DNA of 11,214 nt from Octopus sinensis (GCF_006345805.1 NW_021827058.1:1-11214); one strand, 5' to 3'; positions 1 through 9,048 are shown, counted from the stretch's first letter. Notes: generated by a model not told the origin, from the sequence alone. A program made the numbers and translations.

Positions 1-148
1 ATACTAATATGGCATTCTTATAAAAATAAGAAAAAAGCTGTCCGCTTATTAGCTCCATGAGGCCATCGCCCTAGTTGCTATTTGATACACAAACTGTATC
101 CATATAACCTTCGAACAAGGGAGGTCAGTCGCTCCACACTACTTGACC

Positions 149-199
149 GGCTGCTACAGACGCGTTTCGGGGTATTGCCCCTTTCAATGCAGCGTAGCC
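149..199 (-). ncRNA. Type I hammerhead ribozyme, family A copy 1 (core one A short, UUGAAA)
   Basis: Minus strand GCUGCA-UUGAAA-GGGG-CAAUA-CCCC-GAAA-CGCG-UC-UGUAGC. The missing A may be a consensus homopolymer error. Confidence 0.65.
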
Positions 200-509
200 A
201 GCCAGTAGGTGTCGCTTCCGACAATCTCTGTTCGATGATTTTATTTACCTAGTTTCGGTGGAATACATCCACTTGTTTTCAATAATAGAAATATTAAAAT
301 AACTAAGTCTCTCTAAAAGAGAACAGCGGCAGCGTTCCCGGAAAATAATAGTTATCGCCATACTAATATGGCATTCTTATAAAAATAAGAAAAAAGCTGT
401 CCGCTTATTAGCTCCATGAGGCCATCGCCTTAAGTTAGCTATTTGATACACAAACTGTATCCATATAACCTTCGAACAAGGGAGGTCAGTCGCTCCACAC
501 TACTTGACC

Positions 510-561
510 GGCTGCTACAGACGCGTTTCGGGGTATTGCCCCTTTTCAATGCAGCGTAGCC
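510..561 (-). ncRNA. Type I hammerhead ribozyme, family A copy 2
   Basis: Minus strand GCUGCA-UUGAAAA-GGGG-CAAUA-CCCC-GAAA-CGCG-UC-UGUAGC. Confidence 0.8.
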
Positions 562-871
562 AGCCAGTAGGTGTCGCTTCCGACAATCTCTGTTCGATGA
601 TTTTATTTACCTAGTTTCGGTGGAATACATCCACTTGTTTTCAATAATAGAAATATTAAAATAACTAAGTCTCCTCTAAAAGAGAACAGCGGCAGCGTTC
701 CCGGAAAATAATAGTTATCGCCATACTAATATGGCATTCTTATAAAAATAAGAAAAAAGCTGTCCGCTTATTAGCTCCATGAGGCCATCGCCTTAAGTTA
801 GCTATTTGATACACAAACTGTATCCATATAACCTTCGAACAAGGGAGGTCAGTCGCCCACACTACTTGACC

Positions 872-923
872 GGCTGCTACAGACGCGTTTCGGGGTATTG
901 CCCCTTTTCAATGCAGCGTAGCC
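872..923 (-). ncRNA. Type I hammerhead ribozyme, family A copy 3
   Basis: Same motif as copy 2, intact. Confidence 0.8.
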
Positions 924-1049
924 AGCCAGTAGGTGTCGCTTCCGACAATCTCTGTTCGATGATTTTATTTACCTAGTTTCGGTGGAATACATCCACTTGT
1001 TTTCAATAATAAAATATTAAATACTAAGTAACTCTCTAAAAGAGAACAG

Positions 1050-1398
1050 CCGCTGTTCTCTTTTAGAGAGACTTAGTTATTTTAATATTTCATATTTGAA
1101 AACAAGTGGATGTATTCCACCGAAACTAGGTAAATAAAATCATCGAACAGAGATTGTCGGAAGCGACACCTACTGGCTGGCTACGCTGCATTGAAAAGGG
1201 GCAATACCCCGAAACGCGTCTGTAGCAGCCGGTCAAGTAGTGTGGAGCGACTGACCTCTCTTGTTCGAAGGTTATATGGATACAGTTTGTGTATCAAATA
1301 GCTAACTTAAGGCGATGGCCTCATGGAGCTAATAAGTGGACAGCTTTTTTCTTATTTTTATAAGAATGCCATATTAGTATGGCGATAACTATTATTTT
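1050..1398 (+). mobile_element. Inverted copy of the family A unit (one unit minus 12 nt)
   Basis: Reverse complement of the upstream units, starting at the centre CAGC-C-GCTG (1046-1054) and ending at GGCGATAACTATTATTTT (1398). It lacks only CCGGGAACGCTG. Confidence 0.9.
1179..1230 (+). ncRNA. Type I hammerhead ribozyme, family A copy 4
   Basis: Stem I GCTGCA(1185-1190)/TGTAGC(1221-1226); core TTGAAAA 1191-1197; stem II GGGG-CAATA-CCCC 1198-1210; GAAA 1211-1214; palindromic ACGCGT 1214-1219; predicted GUC cleavage after 1220. Confidence 0.8.
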
Positions 1399-1400
1399 TA

Positions 1401-2183
1401 TGTGGTTGAGCTGTTTATTATTTATTATTATTACTATTATTAGTAGTATTAGTATTGTCCCTTTGATCCTCGGTCGAAAATTTGCTTATTATATTATTAG
1501 TATTATTATTAATTATTATTACTATTTTCAGCTTCGCCTTGTATTGCAATATTATTTCTCCATACAGGGGTTTTTTCAATGGCGGCCCATTTTCGCGGGG
1601 TTCCACTATTTCCCTTCTCTCTCTCCCTCTTTTACGTTGTCTGCCATCCCCCCTCTTCCTTTGCTAAGAGCATTTTTAAGCCAGCCCGTCATATTCCCGT
1701 GTCAGGCCGAAGAACGAATGTGTCCCAAGATAATAGAGTCTTTCTAATCTAATGTTGTGGTTGAGCTGTTTATTATTTATTATTATTACTATTATAGTAG
1801 TATTAGTATTGTCCCTTTGATCCTCGGTCGAAAATTTGCTTATTATTATTATTAGTATTATTATTATTACTATTTTCAGCTTCGCCTTGTATTGCATATT
1901 ATTTCTCCATACAGGGGTTTTTTTCAATGGCGGCCCATTTTCGCGGGGTTCCACTATTTCCCTTCTCTCCTCCCTCTTTTACGTTGTCTGCCATCCCCCC
2001 TCTCCTTTGCTAAGAGCATTTTTAAGCCAGCCCGTCATATTCCCGTGTCAGGCCGAAGAACGAAATGTTCCAAATAAGAGAGTCTTTCTAATCTAATGTT
2101 GTGGTTGAGCTGTTTATTATTTATTATTATTACTATTATTAGTAGTATTAGTATTGTCCCTTTGATCCTCGGTCGAAAATTGC

Positions 2184-2219
<36 letters not shown>

Positions 2220-2743
2220 TTACTATTTTCAGCTTCGCCTTGTATTGCATATTATTTCTCCATACAGGGGTTTTTTTCAATGGCGGCCCATTTTCGCGGG
2301 GTTCCCTATTTCCTTCTCTCTCTCCCTCTTTTACGTTGTCTGCCATCCCCCCTCTTCCTTTGCTAAGAGCATTTTTAAGCCAGCCCGTCATATTCCCGTG
2401 TCAGGCCGAAGAACGAAATGTTCCCAAGATAGAGAGTCTTTCTAATCTAATGTTGTGGTTGAGCTGTTTATTATTTATTATTATTACTATTTTAGTATTA
2501 GTATTGTCCCTTTGATCCTCGGTCGAAAATTTGCTTATTATTATTATTAGTATTATTATTATTACTATTTTCAGCTTCGCCTTGTATTGCATATTATTTC
2601 TCCATACAGGGGTTTTTTCAATGGCGGCCCATTTTCGGCGGGGTTCCACTATTTCCCTTCTCTCTCTCCTCTTTTACGTTGTCTGCCATCCCCCCTCTTC
2701 CTTTGCTAAGAGCATTTTTAAGCCAGCCCGTCATATTCCGGTG
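1401..2743. repeat. Tandem array family B (~3.8 copies of a 344-355-bp unit with internal (ATT)n tracts)
   Basis: TGTGGTTGAGCTG recurs at 1401, 1756, 2100 and 2454. Unit length varies mainly in the (ATT)n/(AGT) tracts. The last copy is truncated near 2740. Confidence 0.92.
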
Positions 2744-2993
2744 CACCCGCCCTTGCCCACCCCCACCCCCACCACCAATACCGGATATCTCTATATTTTT
2801 GCTCCATTATACCGATGTTGCTTCTCCCACCACCATTATAGGTGTCTACTCTTCGAACCCCCCTCTTCAATACGCTATTTCACCATGCATTACCCCTCTC
2901 TTGATATCCTACGTTCTACTTGCCTAGAACCTGTCATCATTTCTCTGAAACCACCCCTCCCCACTGGTGCTCCCCTATATTCCCCCCCCCCAA

Positions 2994-3247
2994 TAAAAAG
3001 CACCATCCGAACGTGGCCGATGCCAGACCCCTCTGGCACCTGTGCAGGTGGCACGTAAAAAACACCCACTACACCCTCGCGGAGTGGTTTGGCGTTAGGA
3101 AGGGCATCCAGCTGTAGAAACACTGCCAGACTAGACTGGAGCCTGGGGCAGTCCCGAGCTCCCCAGACCCCCGGGTCGAACGTCCAACCCTTGCTAGCGC
3201 GGAAAACGGACGTTAACGATGATGATGATGATGATGATGATGATGAT
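2994..3247 (+). mobile_element. SINE-like non-autonomous retroposon with (GAT)n tail
   Basis: Highly similar to the reverse complement of 7153-7400 (shared GGCGTTAGGAAGGGCATCCAGCTGTAGAAA...GGTCGAACGTCCAACC...CGGACGTTAA). Ends in (GAT)n. Confidence 0.75.
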
Positions 3248-3491
3248 ATATATATTATATATATATATATATGTATGTATATATATATATTTATATATAT
3301 GTATATAATAATATATCATATGTGTGTAAATATATATATATACACACATACATATATATATATATATATCTATTTGTATCTATATACACACACACACTCA
3401 CTGATATACACATACATGTGTACACAATATATATATACAATATCCACATAGATGCATATGTATAAATACCTATATACACATCGATAGATTT

Positions 3492-3523
<32 letters not shown>

Positions 3524-3567
3524 ATAACACTTAGAGATATATATATATATATACATATGTGTATGTG

Positions 3568-3637
<70 letters not shown>

Positions 3638-3982
3638 CACATGCATGGACATGGTTATTGTTACTAAAAACATATACACACCTAATTATGCAGATTATTT
3701 ACTGTTATGATATATACTCATGCTCAAAGATGCATATCTATATGCAGGCCAACATATATACACACATATGCACACATGCATGTATGTATAAGGATACATA
3801 TGTACCTTTCTCCTCAATTACTCATGTATACATTCACACATACGCAGACATGTGTATATATGTGTATTCACATATACACACATCTATTTATATATGCAGG
3901 ATGTTCACAGCAATCATTTTGATGCTTGTATGTCTATGTGTATATGCGTGTGTTTGTGTGTGTATATATGTGTGTATAGTAT
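3246..3982. repeat. Compound microsatellite/low-complexity tract: (TA)n, (CA)n, (GA)n, (TG)n and degenerate TACA/TATG repeats
   Basis: Directly visible. Confidence 0.92.
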
Positions 3983-4156
3983 AAGCGAGTGGGGAAACAA
4001 AAGGAGGGGCTCAGCATATTTTGTAGGATTCCCATATATTTTCATCGAAAACAGCTTGATTCAGTCGCATGTAGCTTACAGCTTTATAGGTTACTGACAC
4101 GGACCTGCAAAAGTCGCATGGGGCCAAATCAAATTGGTTTAAATAATATATATTTG

Positions 4157-4282
4157 GGATCTTTTCGGTTTGAACGGCAGTTTTTTCTAGCGGTGTCATA
4201 TGAAATTGTCACACATAATTATGACCCTAGTATCGATCTATTGCATTTCAATCTGTTTTAGGGTTAGAGTTAGGGGTGGGGG
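4157..4282. mobile_element. Left part of a MITE-like repeat (terminus GGATCTTTTCGGTTTGAACGGCAG) with a short TTAGGG-like tract
   Basis: Resembles a cephalopod interspersed repeat as I recall it (not verified). It appears to continue at 4913-4970, after the LINE. Confidence 0.45.
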
Positions 4283-4283
4283 C

Positions 4284-4904
4284 CTGTCCAACAGTGATTG
4301 CATCATACATACTCTCAACAATGCGCCCTTAAATATGGTTTCTGATTACAAATATCTTGGGTCATAGATATCATCATGTGGAAAAGATTTTCTAACTAGA
4401 AAGGTTATGGCCTGGCCAGCCTGTAATGACATGCATAAGATCTGGTCATCAAATCTAAGTAGAGACTTCAAACTTGAAATCTTCAAAGCCACAGTCGAAC
4501 CAATTCTACTATATGGCTCAGAAACCTGGACGTTATCAAAGAAGCTTGAGAGGCGGTTGGATGGAACCTACACTCGCCTCCTTATGAGAGCTCAGAATCT
4601 CTCGTGGAAGCACCATCCAACCAAAGTACAAATATATGGGAAACTACCACCTGTGTCATCTCTTGTGAAAGGTAGGAGAGTCCAGTTTGCTGGACATTGT
4701 TGTAGAGCTGAAAAAGAAGTAATTTCTACTCTTCTCCTCTGGAAGCCATCTACTCGCAATACCAGAGGGCGCACACTCTCCTGCCCTGATGTAATCTCCA
4801 GGGATACAGGCATCCAGCAACAGGACCTCCGTAATGCCATGATGGACCGTGAAGTCTGGCGTAGCATGGTAAATTCCATTGTCTCGACCACGGTCGAACA
4901 ATGA
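4284..4904 (+). pseudogene. Reverse transcriptase C-terminal (thumb) fragment of the RTE-like LINE
   Basis: The 165-aa ORF at 4407-4904 plus an in-frame upstream segment broken by TAG. No YADD catalytic domain or endonuclease is present. Confidence 0.8.
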
Positions 4905-4914
4905 TGATGATGAT
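4284..4914 (+). mobile_element. 5'-truncated RTE-like non-LTR retrotransposon (LINE) 3' end with (TGA)n tail
   Basis: The frame of ORF 4407-4904 extends upstream as ...DYKYLGS*I (stop at 4365-4367). Motifs KYLGS, LLYGSETW, RRVQFAGH, RGR and DREVWR are typical of the RTE-clade RT C-terminus. The stop runs into a (TGA)n tail at 4902-4914. Confidence 0.85.
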
Positions 4915-4970
4915 CTTTTTTTCTTCACAAATTTAAATAAACCCAATCTGTTTCTTAAACGAGGGACATA
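4913..4970. mobile_element. Probable continuation of the MITE-like repeat interrupted by the LINE
   Basis: ATCTTTTTTCTTCACAAATTTAAATAAACCCAATCTGTTTCTTAAACGAGGGACATA; the link to 4157-4282 is recalled and not verified. Confidence 0.4.
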
Positions 4971-5152
4971 AGCAAAGGAGTGTTGGCCATCGGTACGCAT
5001 CATCTAAGGAGAGAAGTTGATGTTTTGCAAAGACAAAATCCAACTGCAGATGGTATATTCAAGTCCAAGATTGTTGGAGTGTGTTAACAATAAATGTTCA
5101 CAGGATATAAATATTATTGTGGAAAGGAAGAATAACAAGGGTCTTAGGAAAT

Positions 5153-5486
5153 ATCATCATCATCATCATCATCATCGTTATCATCATTTAATACCTGTTT
5201 TCTGCGCTGGCATGGGTTGGATGGTTTGGCAGAAGCTGGCCAGCTGGGGAGCTGTTTGTGCCCCAATTGTCTGTTTTGGCCTGGTTCCCATGGGTCGATG
5301 TCCTTCCTAACAACAATCACTTGACAATGTGTACTGGGTGCTTTAAACGTGCTACTGGCACAGGCGATTTTACATGGTACCAGTACAGGCACTTTTATGT
5401 GCCACTGATATGGGTGTTTTTATGTGGTAGTGGCATGGATGGTTTCATGAGGCACAGGCACAGGTATTCTTATGTGGCGCTGGCAC
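5153..5486 (-). mobile_element. Diverged SINE-like element related to 2994-3247, with (ATC)n tail and short degenerate TTTTATGTGCCACTGGCAC sub-repeats
   Basis: (ATC)n at 5153-5187, GCATGGGTTGGATGGTTTG, GATGTCCTTCCTAACAAC (family GATGCCCTTCCTAACGCC) and GGGTGCTTT motifs. Confidence 0.6.
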
Positions 5487-5615
5487 AAATCCTATTATCA
5501 TATTTTTGTAATTAAATATCATTAAGAATTGTATAAAAAGTTATTAAAAATATTTTATGTATTGTAGAAGCATAACCAGCTTATTTCAACAAAAAAAATC
5601 TTGTTTGGGCCTCCA

Positions 5616-5646
5616 AGGGTCATGTGGACCCTGTTGAGAACCACCA
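5616..5646. mobile_element. Possible hAT-like MITE terminus with subterminal hairpin
   Basis: GTTGAGAACCAC (5633-5644) resembles the reverse complement of the CAGTGGTTCTCAAC hAT TIR. It is preceded by the hairpin AGGGTC-ATGTG-GACCCT. No partner TIR was found. Confidence 0.3.
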
Positions 5647-5979
5647 GTCTAATCTCTGAAGGGGCCTTCCTTAGATGAAATACTACACCTACAAGTGTTT
5701 AAAAACACAAATGTTTCCATTATAGAGCTGTTTCTAATGCAATGCTTGAATTTTGTTCTACTTGTGGTGCTTTTTCACATCAGTAGATAGAACCTATTTG
5801 TGTACACTTTTAGGTGGTGATCTGGATTTGCTTTGGAAGCAAGGCAAGTATACGGCATTTGTGAGCAGAAAAATCTGGCAAAATATTGATATATGTCATT
5901 ATTCTACACTTCTTGAGCAATTTCATTTCATCTAGCTTTCAAGTATACTGTGCTTTTTTTTAAACAATATATGTCTTTA

Positions 5980-5984
<5 letters not shown>

Positions 5985-6069
<85 letters not shown>

Positions 6070-6070
6070 A
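5985..6070. repeat. (TA)n-(TG)n microsatellite
   Basis: Directly visible. Confidence 0.95.
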
Positions 6071-6155
6071 TTATATTTCTGGTATTTTATTTGTGAATTA
6101 ACAAGGCAACCAATGGTTTCATAATAAAAAAGATCTCCACAAATATATATACATA

Positions 6156-6356
6156 ATCATCATCAACATGATTATCATCACCATCATCATTTAACATCTG
6201 CTCTCCATGTTGGCATGGGTTGGATGGTTTGATGTGGAGATGGCTAGCAGGGAGCTGTCCAGGTACCAACTGTCGTTAATGATATGATTTCTATGGCAGG
6301 ATGCCCTTCCTAATGCCAAACACTTTACAGACTGTACAGGGTGCTTTTTATATGTC
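6156..6356 (-). mobile_element. Diverged SINE-like element of the same (GAT)n-tailed family
   Basis: (ATC)n-like tail, GCATGGGTTGGATGGTTTG, GGATGCCCTTCCTAATGCCAA and GGGTGCTTTTTA motifs. Confidence 0.6.
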
Positions 6357-6590
6357 TGTGCACACACACACACACACAATGGTATGATAAATAAAAAAAA
6401 AGTACTCCATCTGGTGAGAGATAAATATTATTTAATAGACACAATACATGATATTTATGTGCTACTAATAGTTTCTTGTGCTGAGAACATGCCATATAAT
6501 GAATTATAATGTGTTTAATATCTCAACACAGTCATAAGGCACATATAATATATATATATTAATATATATTATAATATATATATATATATA

Positions 6591-6740
6591 CGATTGTCTT
6601 CTTACAGTTTCCCTCTACCAAATCCATTAAAAAGGATTTGGTTAACTTAAGGCTATGGTAGAAGCTACTTGTCCAAGGTGCTACTCAGTAGGACTGACCC
6701 CAGAACCAAATGGTTGGAAAGCAAGTTTCTTACCTCAACA
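6591..6740 (-). mobile_element. tRNA-derived SINE, 5' part (diverged)
   Basis: The reverse complement aligns by eye with 9528-9683 (CTTTCCAACCATTTGGTTCTGGGGTCAGTCC, GCACCTTGGACAAGT, CTTCTACCATAGCC, GATTTGGTAGAGGGAAACTG). Confidence 0.65.
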
Positions 6741-7108
6741 TAAAAAACATCCGTTAATTCTAGCTGACCATACAGTCTGGATTCAGAAACAAAAATTCAT
6801 ATTTTCCATAATTTTATTCAGCTCCATTTATGAATATCATTTCTCAACATGGTTGCCTACCATTTGTGACGCAAAGTCCAGAGTGGAACTTGAAGCAGTA
6901 ACCCTGCACTTCAGTAAGTTTGTGCAGATTCCTTCATGGTTTTTTTCCTTAAGATGATTCAAATTCATTGAGTACACCTCCTCCTTCAACATACTCTAGA
7001 AAAGGAGGTCAAAGGGACTGATATCTGTTTGGTGAGTGAGGATCCCATTCCACTAGAGTATTAAGGATATTTCCCATCTATCCAGATTTTATGGTCATCC
7101 TGCATTGT

Positions 7109-7152
<44 letters not shown>

Positions 7153-7154
<2 letters not shown>

Positions 7155-7967
7155 CATCATCATCATCATCGTCGTTTAACGTCCGTTCTCCATGCTAGCA
7201 TGGTTGGACGTTCGACCGGGTTTCTGGGAAGCCAGAAGGCTGCACCAGGCTCCAGTCTAATTTCGCAATGTTTCTACAGCTGGATGCCCTTCCTAACGCC
7301 AACCACTCCGTGAGTGTAGTGGGTGCTTTTTACGTGCCACCTGCACAGGTGCCAGGCGGGGCTGGCAACGGCCACGGTCAGATTGGTGTATTTTAGGTGC
7401 CACCGGCACGGAAGCCAGTCGAGGCGGTGGCGGCATCGGCCACGAGTCGGATAGTGCTTTTAGCGTACCACCAGACCAGGGATCCTGGCTGGTTCAATTC
7501 GATTTCGATTTCGCTTGCCCCACATGTCTTCACAAGCAAAGGGGTTGGCAAGGGTGCCTGTCGTACGGTCGCATTGGAGTATTTTACGTGCCACGGCCAC
7601 GAGTTGGATAGTGCTTTTTACGTACCACCAGACCAGGGATCCTGGCTGGTTCAATTCGATTTCGATTTCGCTTGCCCCAACATGTCTTCACAAGCAAGGG
7701 GGTTGGCATGGGTGCCTGTCGTACGGTCGCATTGGAGTATTTTACGTGCCACGGCCCCGAGTCGGATAGTGCTTTTTACGTACCACCAGGCCAGGGATCC
7801 TGGCTGGTTCAATTCGGTTTCGATTTCGCTTGCCCCAACATGTCTTCGCAAGCATGGGGGGTTGGGATGGGTGTCTGTCTGTTCGGATGAGGTTCTATAT
7901 CGACTTCGCTTGGCTCAACCGGTCTTTGTGTCCAAGGGAGGAACGGCATTCATAAGTGGCTGGGCTT
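7153..7967 (-). mobile_element. Long copy of the (GAT)n-tailed SINE-like element with an internal tandem amplification
   Basis: 7153-7400 matches 2994-3247 in reverse. It continues into GC-rich sequence up to the (TA)n at 7968. Confidence 0.7.
7438..7870. repeat. Internal tandem repeat, ~2.75 copies of 157-158 bp
   Basis: CGTACCACCAG recurs at 7464, 7621 and 7779; GGCCACGAG recurs at 7438 and 7595. Confidence 0.9.
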
Positions 7968-7973
7968 ATATAT

Positions 7974-8015
<42 letters not shown>
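7968..8015. repeat. (TA)n microsatellite, left flank of array C
   Basis: Directly visible. Confidence 0.95.
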
Positions 8016-8020
<5 letters not shown>

Positions 8021-8223
8021 AAATATCAAGTGAGTTAATATACAGTAGCGGTAACACAATCGTGACGTATATTTGCCATTTCAATATGGCTACCCCTAAG
8101 GGTGGATGCTACTGTAGTTTTTAGCCCAGGAGGACACACTCTCCAGCTGGCCATAGACACACTTTCTGTGTCCTGTCAGTATTTGCAAAGGGAAGTCATC
8201 CTTCCCGTCTTCAACTTATGATA

Positions 8224-8267
8224 CACACGGACTCGAGTTTCGAGGTATTGACCCTCGTCAGTGTGTG
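8224..8267 (-). ncRNA. Hammerhead ribozyme family C, inverted copy (probably impaired)
   Basis: Minus strand CACACA-CUGACGA-GGG-UCAAUA-CCUC-GAAA-CUCGAG-UC-CGUGUG. It has an A.C mismatch at the base of stem I and a 1-nt deletion in stem II. Confidence 0.6.
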
Positions 8268-8299
8268 ACAATCATAGTTGTCGCCGAGAATTAGATTGT

Positions 8300-8344
8300 C
8301 ACACGCTGACGAGAGGTCAATACCTCGAAACTTGAGTCCGTGTG
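8300..8344 (+). ncRNA. Hammerhead ribozyme family C copy 1
   Basis: CACACG-CTGACGA-GAGG-TCAATA-CCTC-GAAA-CTTGAG-TC-CGTGTG. The stem III C>T change would give G.U pairs in a dimer. Confidence 0.85.
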
Positions 8345-8651
8345 TATCATAAGTTGAAGACGGGAAGGATGACTTCCCTTTGCAAATACTGACAGGACAC
8401 AGAAAGTGTGTCTATGGCCAGCTGGAGGAGTGTGTCCTCCTGGGGCTAAAAACTACAGTAGCATCCACCCTTAGAGGTAGCCATATTGAAATGGCAAATA
8501 TACGTCACGATGTGTTACCGCTACTGTATATAACTCACTTTGATATTTATCATTGTTTGATTTCACTTTTTTAATATCAGCGACAGTGGACGCTGGAAAA
8601 AGTATAAGTATTTGTGAAGGAAATCTAATTCTCGGCGACAACTATGATTGT

Positions 8652-8696
8652 CACACGCTGACGAGAGGTCAATACCTCGAAACTCGAGTCCGTGTG
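8652..8696 (+). ncRNA. Hammerhead ribozyme family C copy 2
   Basis: Stem I CACACG/CGTGTG; core CTGACGA 8658-8664; stem II GAGG-TCAATA-CCTC; GAAA 8679-8682; palindrome ACTCGAGT; predicted GUC cleavage after 8690. Confidence 0.92.
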
Positions 8697-9003
8697 TATC
8701 ATAAGTTGAAGACGGGAAGGATGACTTCCCTTTGCAAATACTGACAGGACACAGAAAGTGTGTCTATGGCCAGCTGGAAGAGTGTGTCCTCCTGGGGCTA
8801 AAAACTACAGTAGCATCCACCCTTAGGGGTAGCCATATTGAAATGGCAAATATACGTCACGATGTGTTACCGCTACTGTATATAACTCACTTTGATATTT
8901 ATCATTGTTTGATTTCACTTTTTCGATATCAGCGACAGTGGACGCTGGAAAAAGTATAAGTATTTGTGAAGGAAATCTAATTATAGGCGACAACTATGAT
9001 TGT

Positions 9004-9048
9004 CACACGCTGACGAGAGGTCAATACCTCGAAACTCGAGTCCGTGTG
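9004..9048 (+). ncRNA. Hammerhead ribozyme family C copy 3
   Basis: Identical to copy 2; predicted cleavage after 9042. Confidence 0.92.

Larger units (their letters stand above)
1..1049 (-). mobile_element. Retrozyme/Penelope-pLTR-like tandem array, family A (~2.9 copies of a ~360-bp unit, one hammerhead per unit)
   Basis: ATACTAATATGGCATT recurs at 1, 360 and 723. Units are near-identical, differing mainly by homopolymer indels. Each carries an HHR fold on the minus strand. The array runs off the left edge of the window. Confidence 0.85.

Noticed and set aside
1545-1585. HHR-like spacing in array B, minus strand (UUGAAAAAA-CCCC-UGUAU-GGA-GAAA-UAAUAUG), and plus-strand TTTGATCCTCGGTCGAAAATTT
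   Set aside because: Stem II is mismatched, there is no valid stem I and no proper NUH site. At best a decayed remnant.
1-2743. CRISPR or prokaryotic array interpretation
   Set aside because: Whole ~350-bp units are repeated with no unique spacers, there are no cas genes, and the context is eukaryotic.
1379-2927. Many overlapping 60-175 aa ORFs in array B
   Set aside because: Products of (ATT)n tracts and tandem repetition. Frames shift between copies and no domain is recognisable.
3271-4097. Y/I/H-rich ORFs
   Set aside because: Translations of (TA)n/(CA)n microsatellite.
4258-4275. Telomere-like TTAGGGTTAGAGTTAGGG
   Set aside because: Only three imperfect units, internal, probably part of an interspersed repeat and not a telomere.
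7397-7975. 192-aa ORF and overlapping ORFs
   Set aside because: Arise from the GC-rich 157-bp tandem inside a SINE-like element; no recognisable protein motif.
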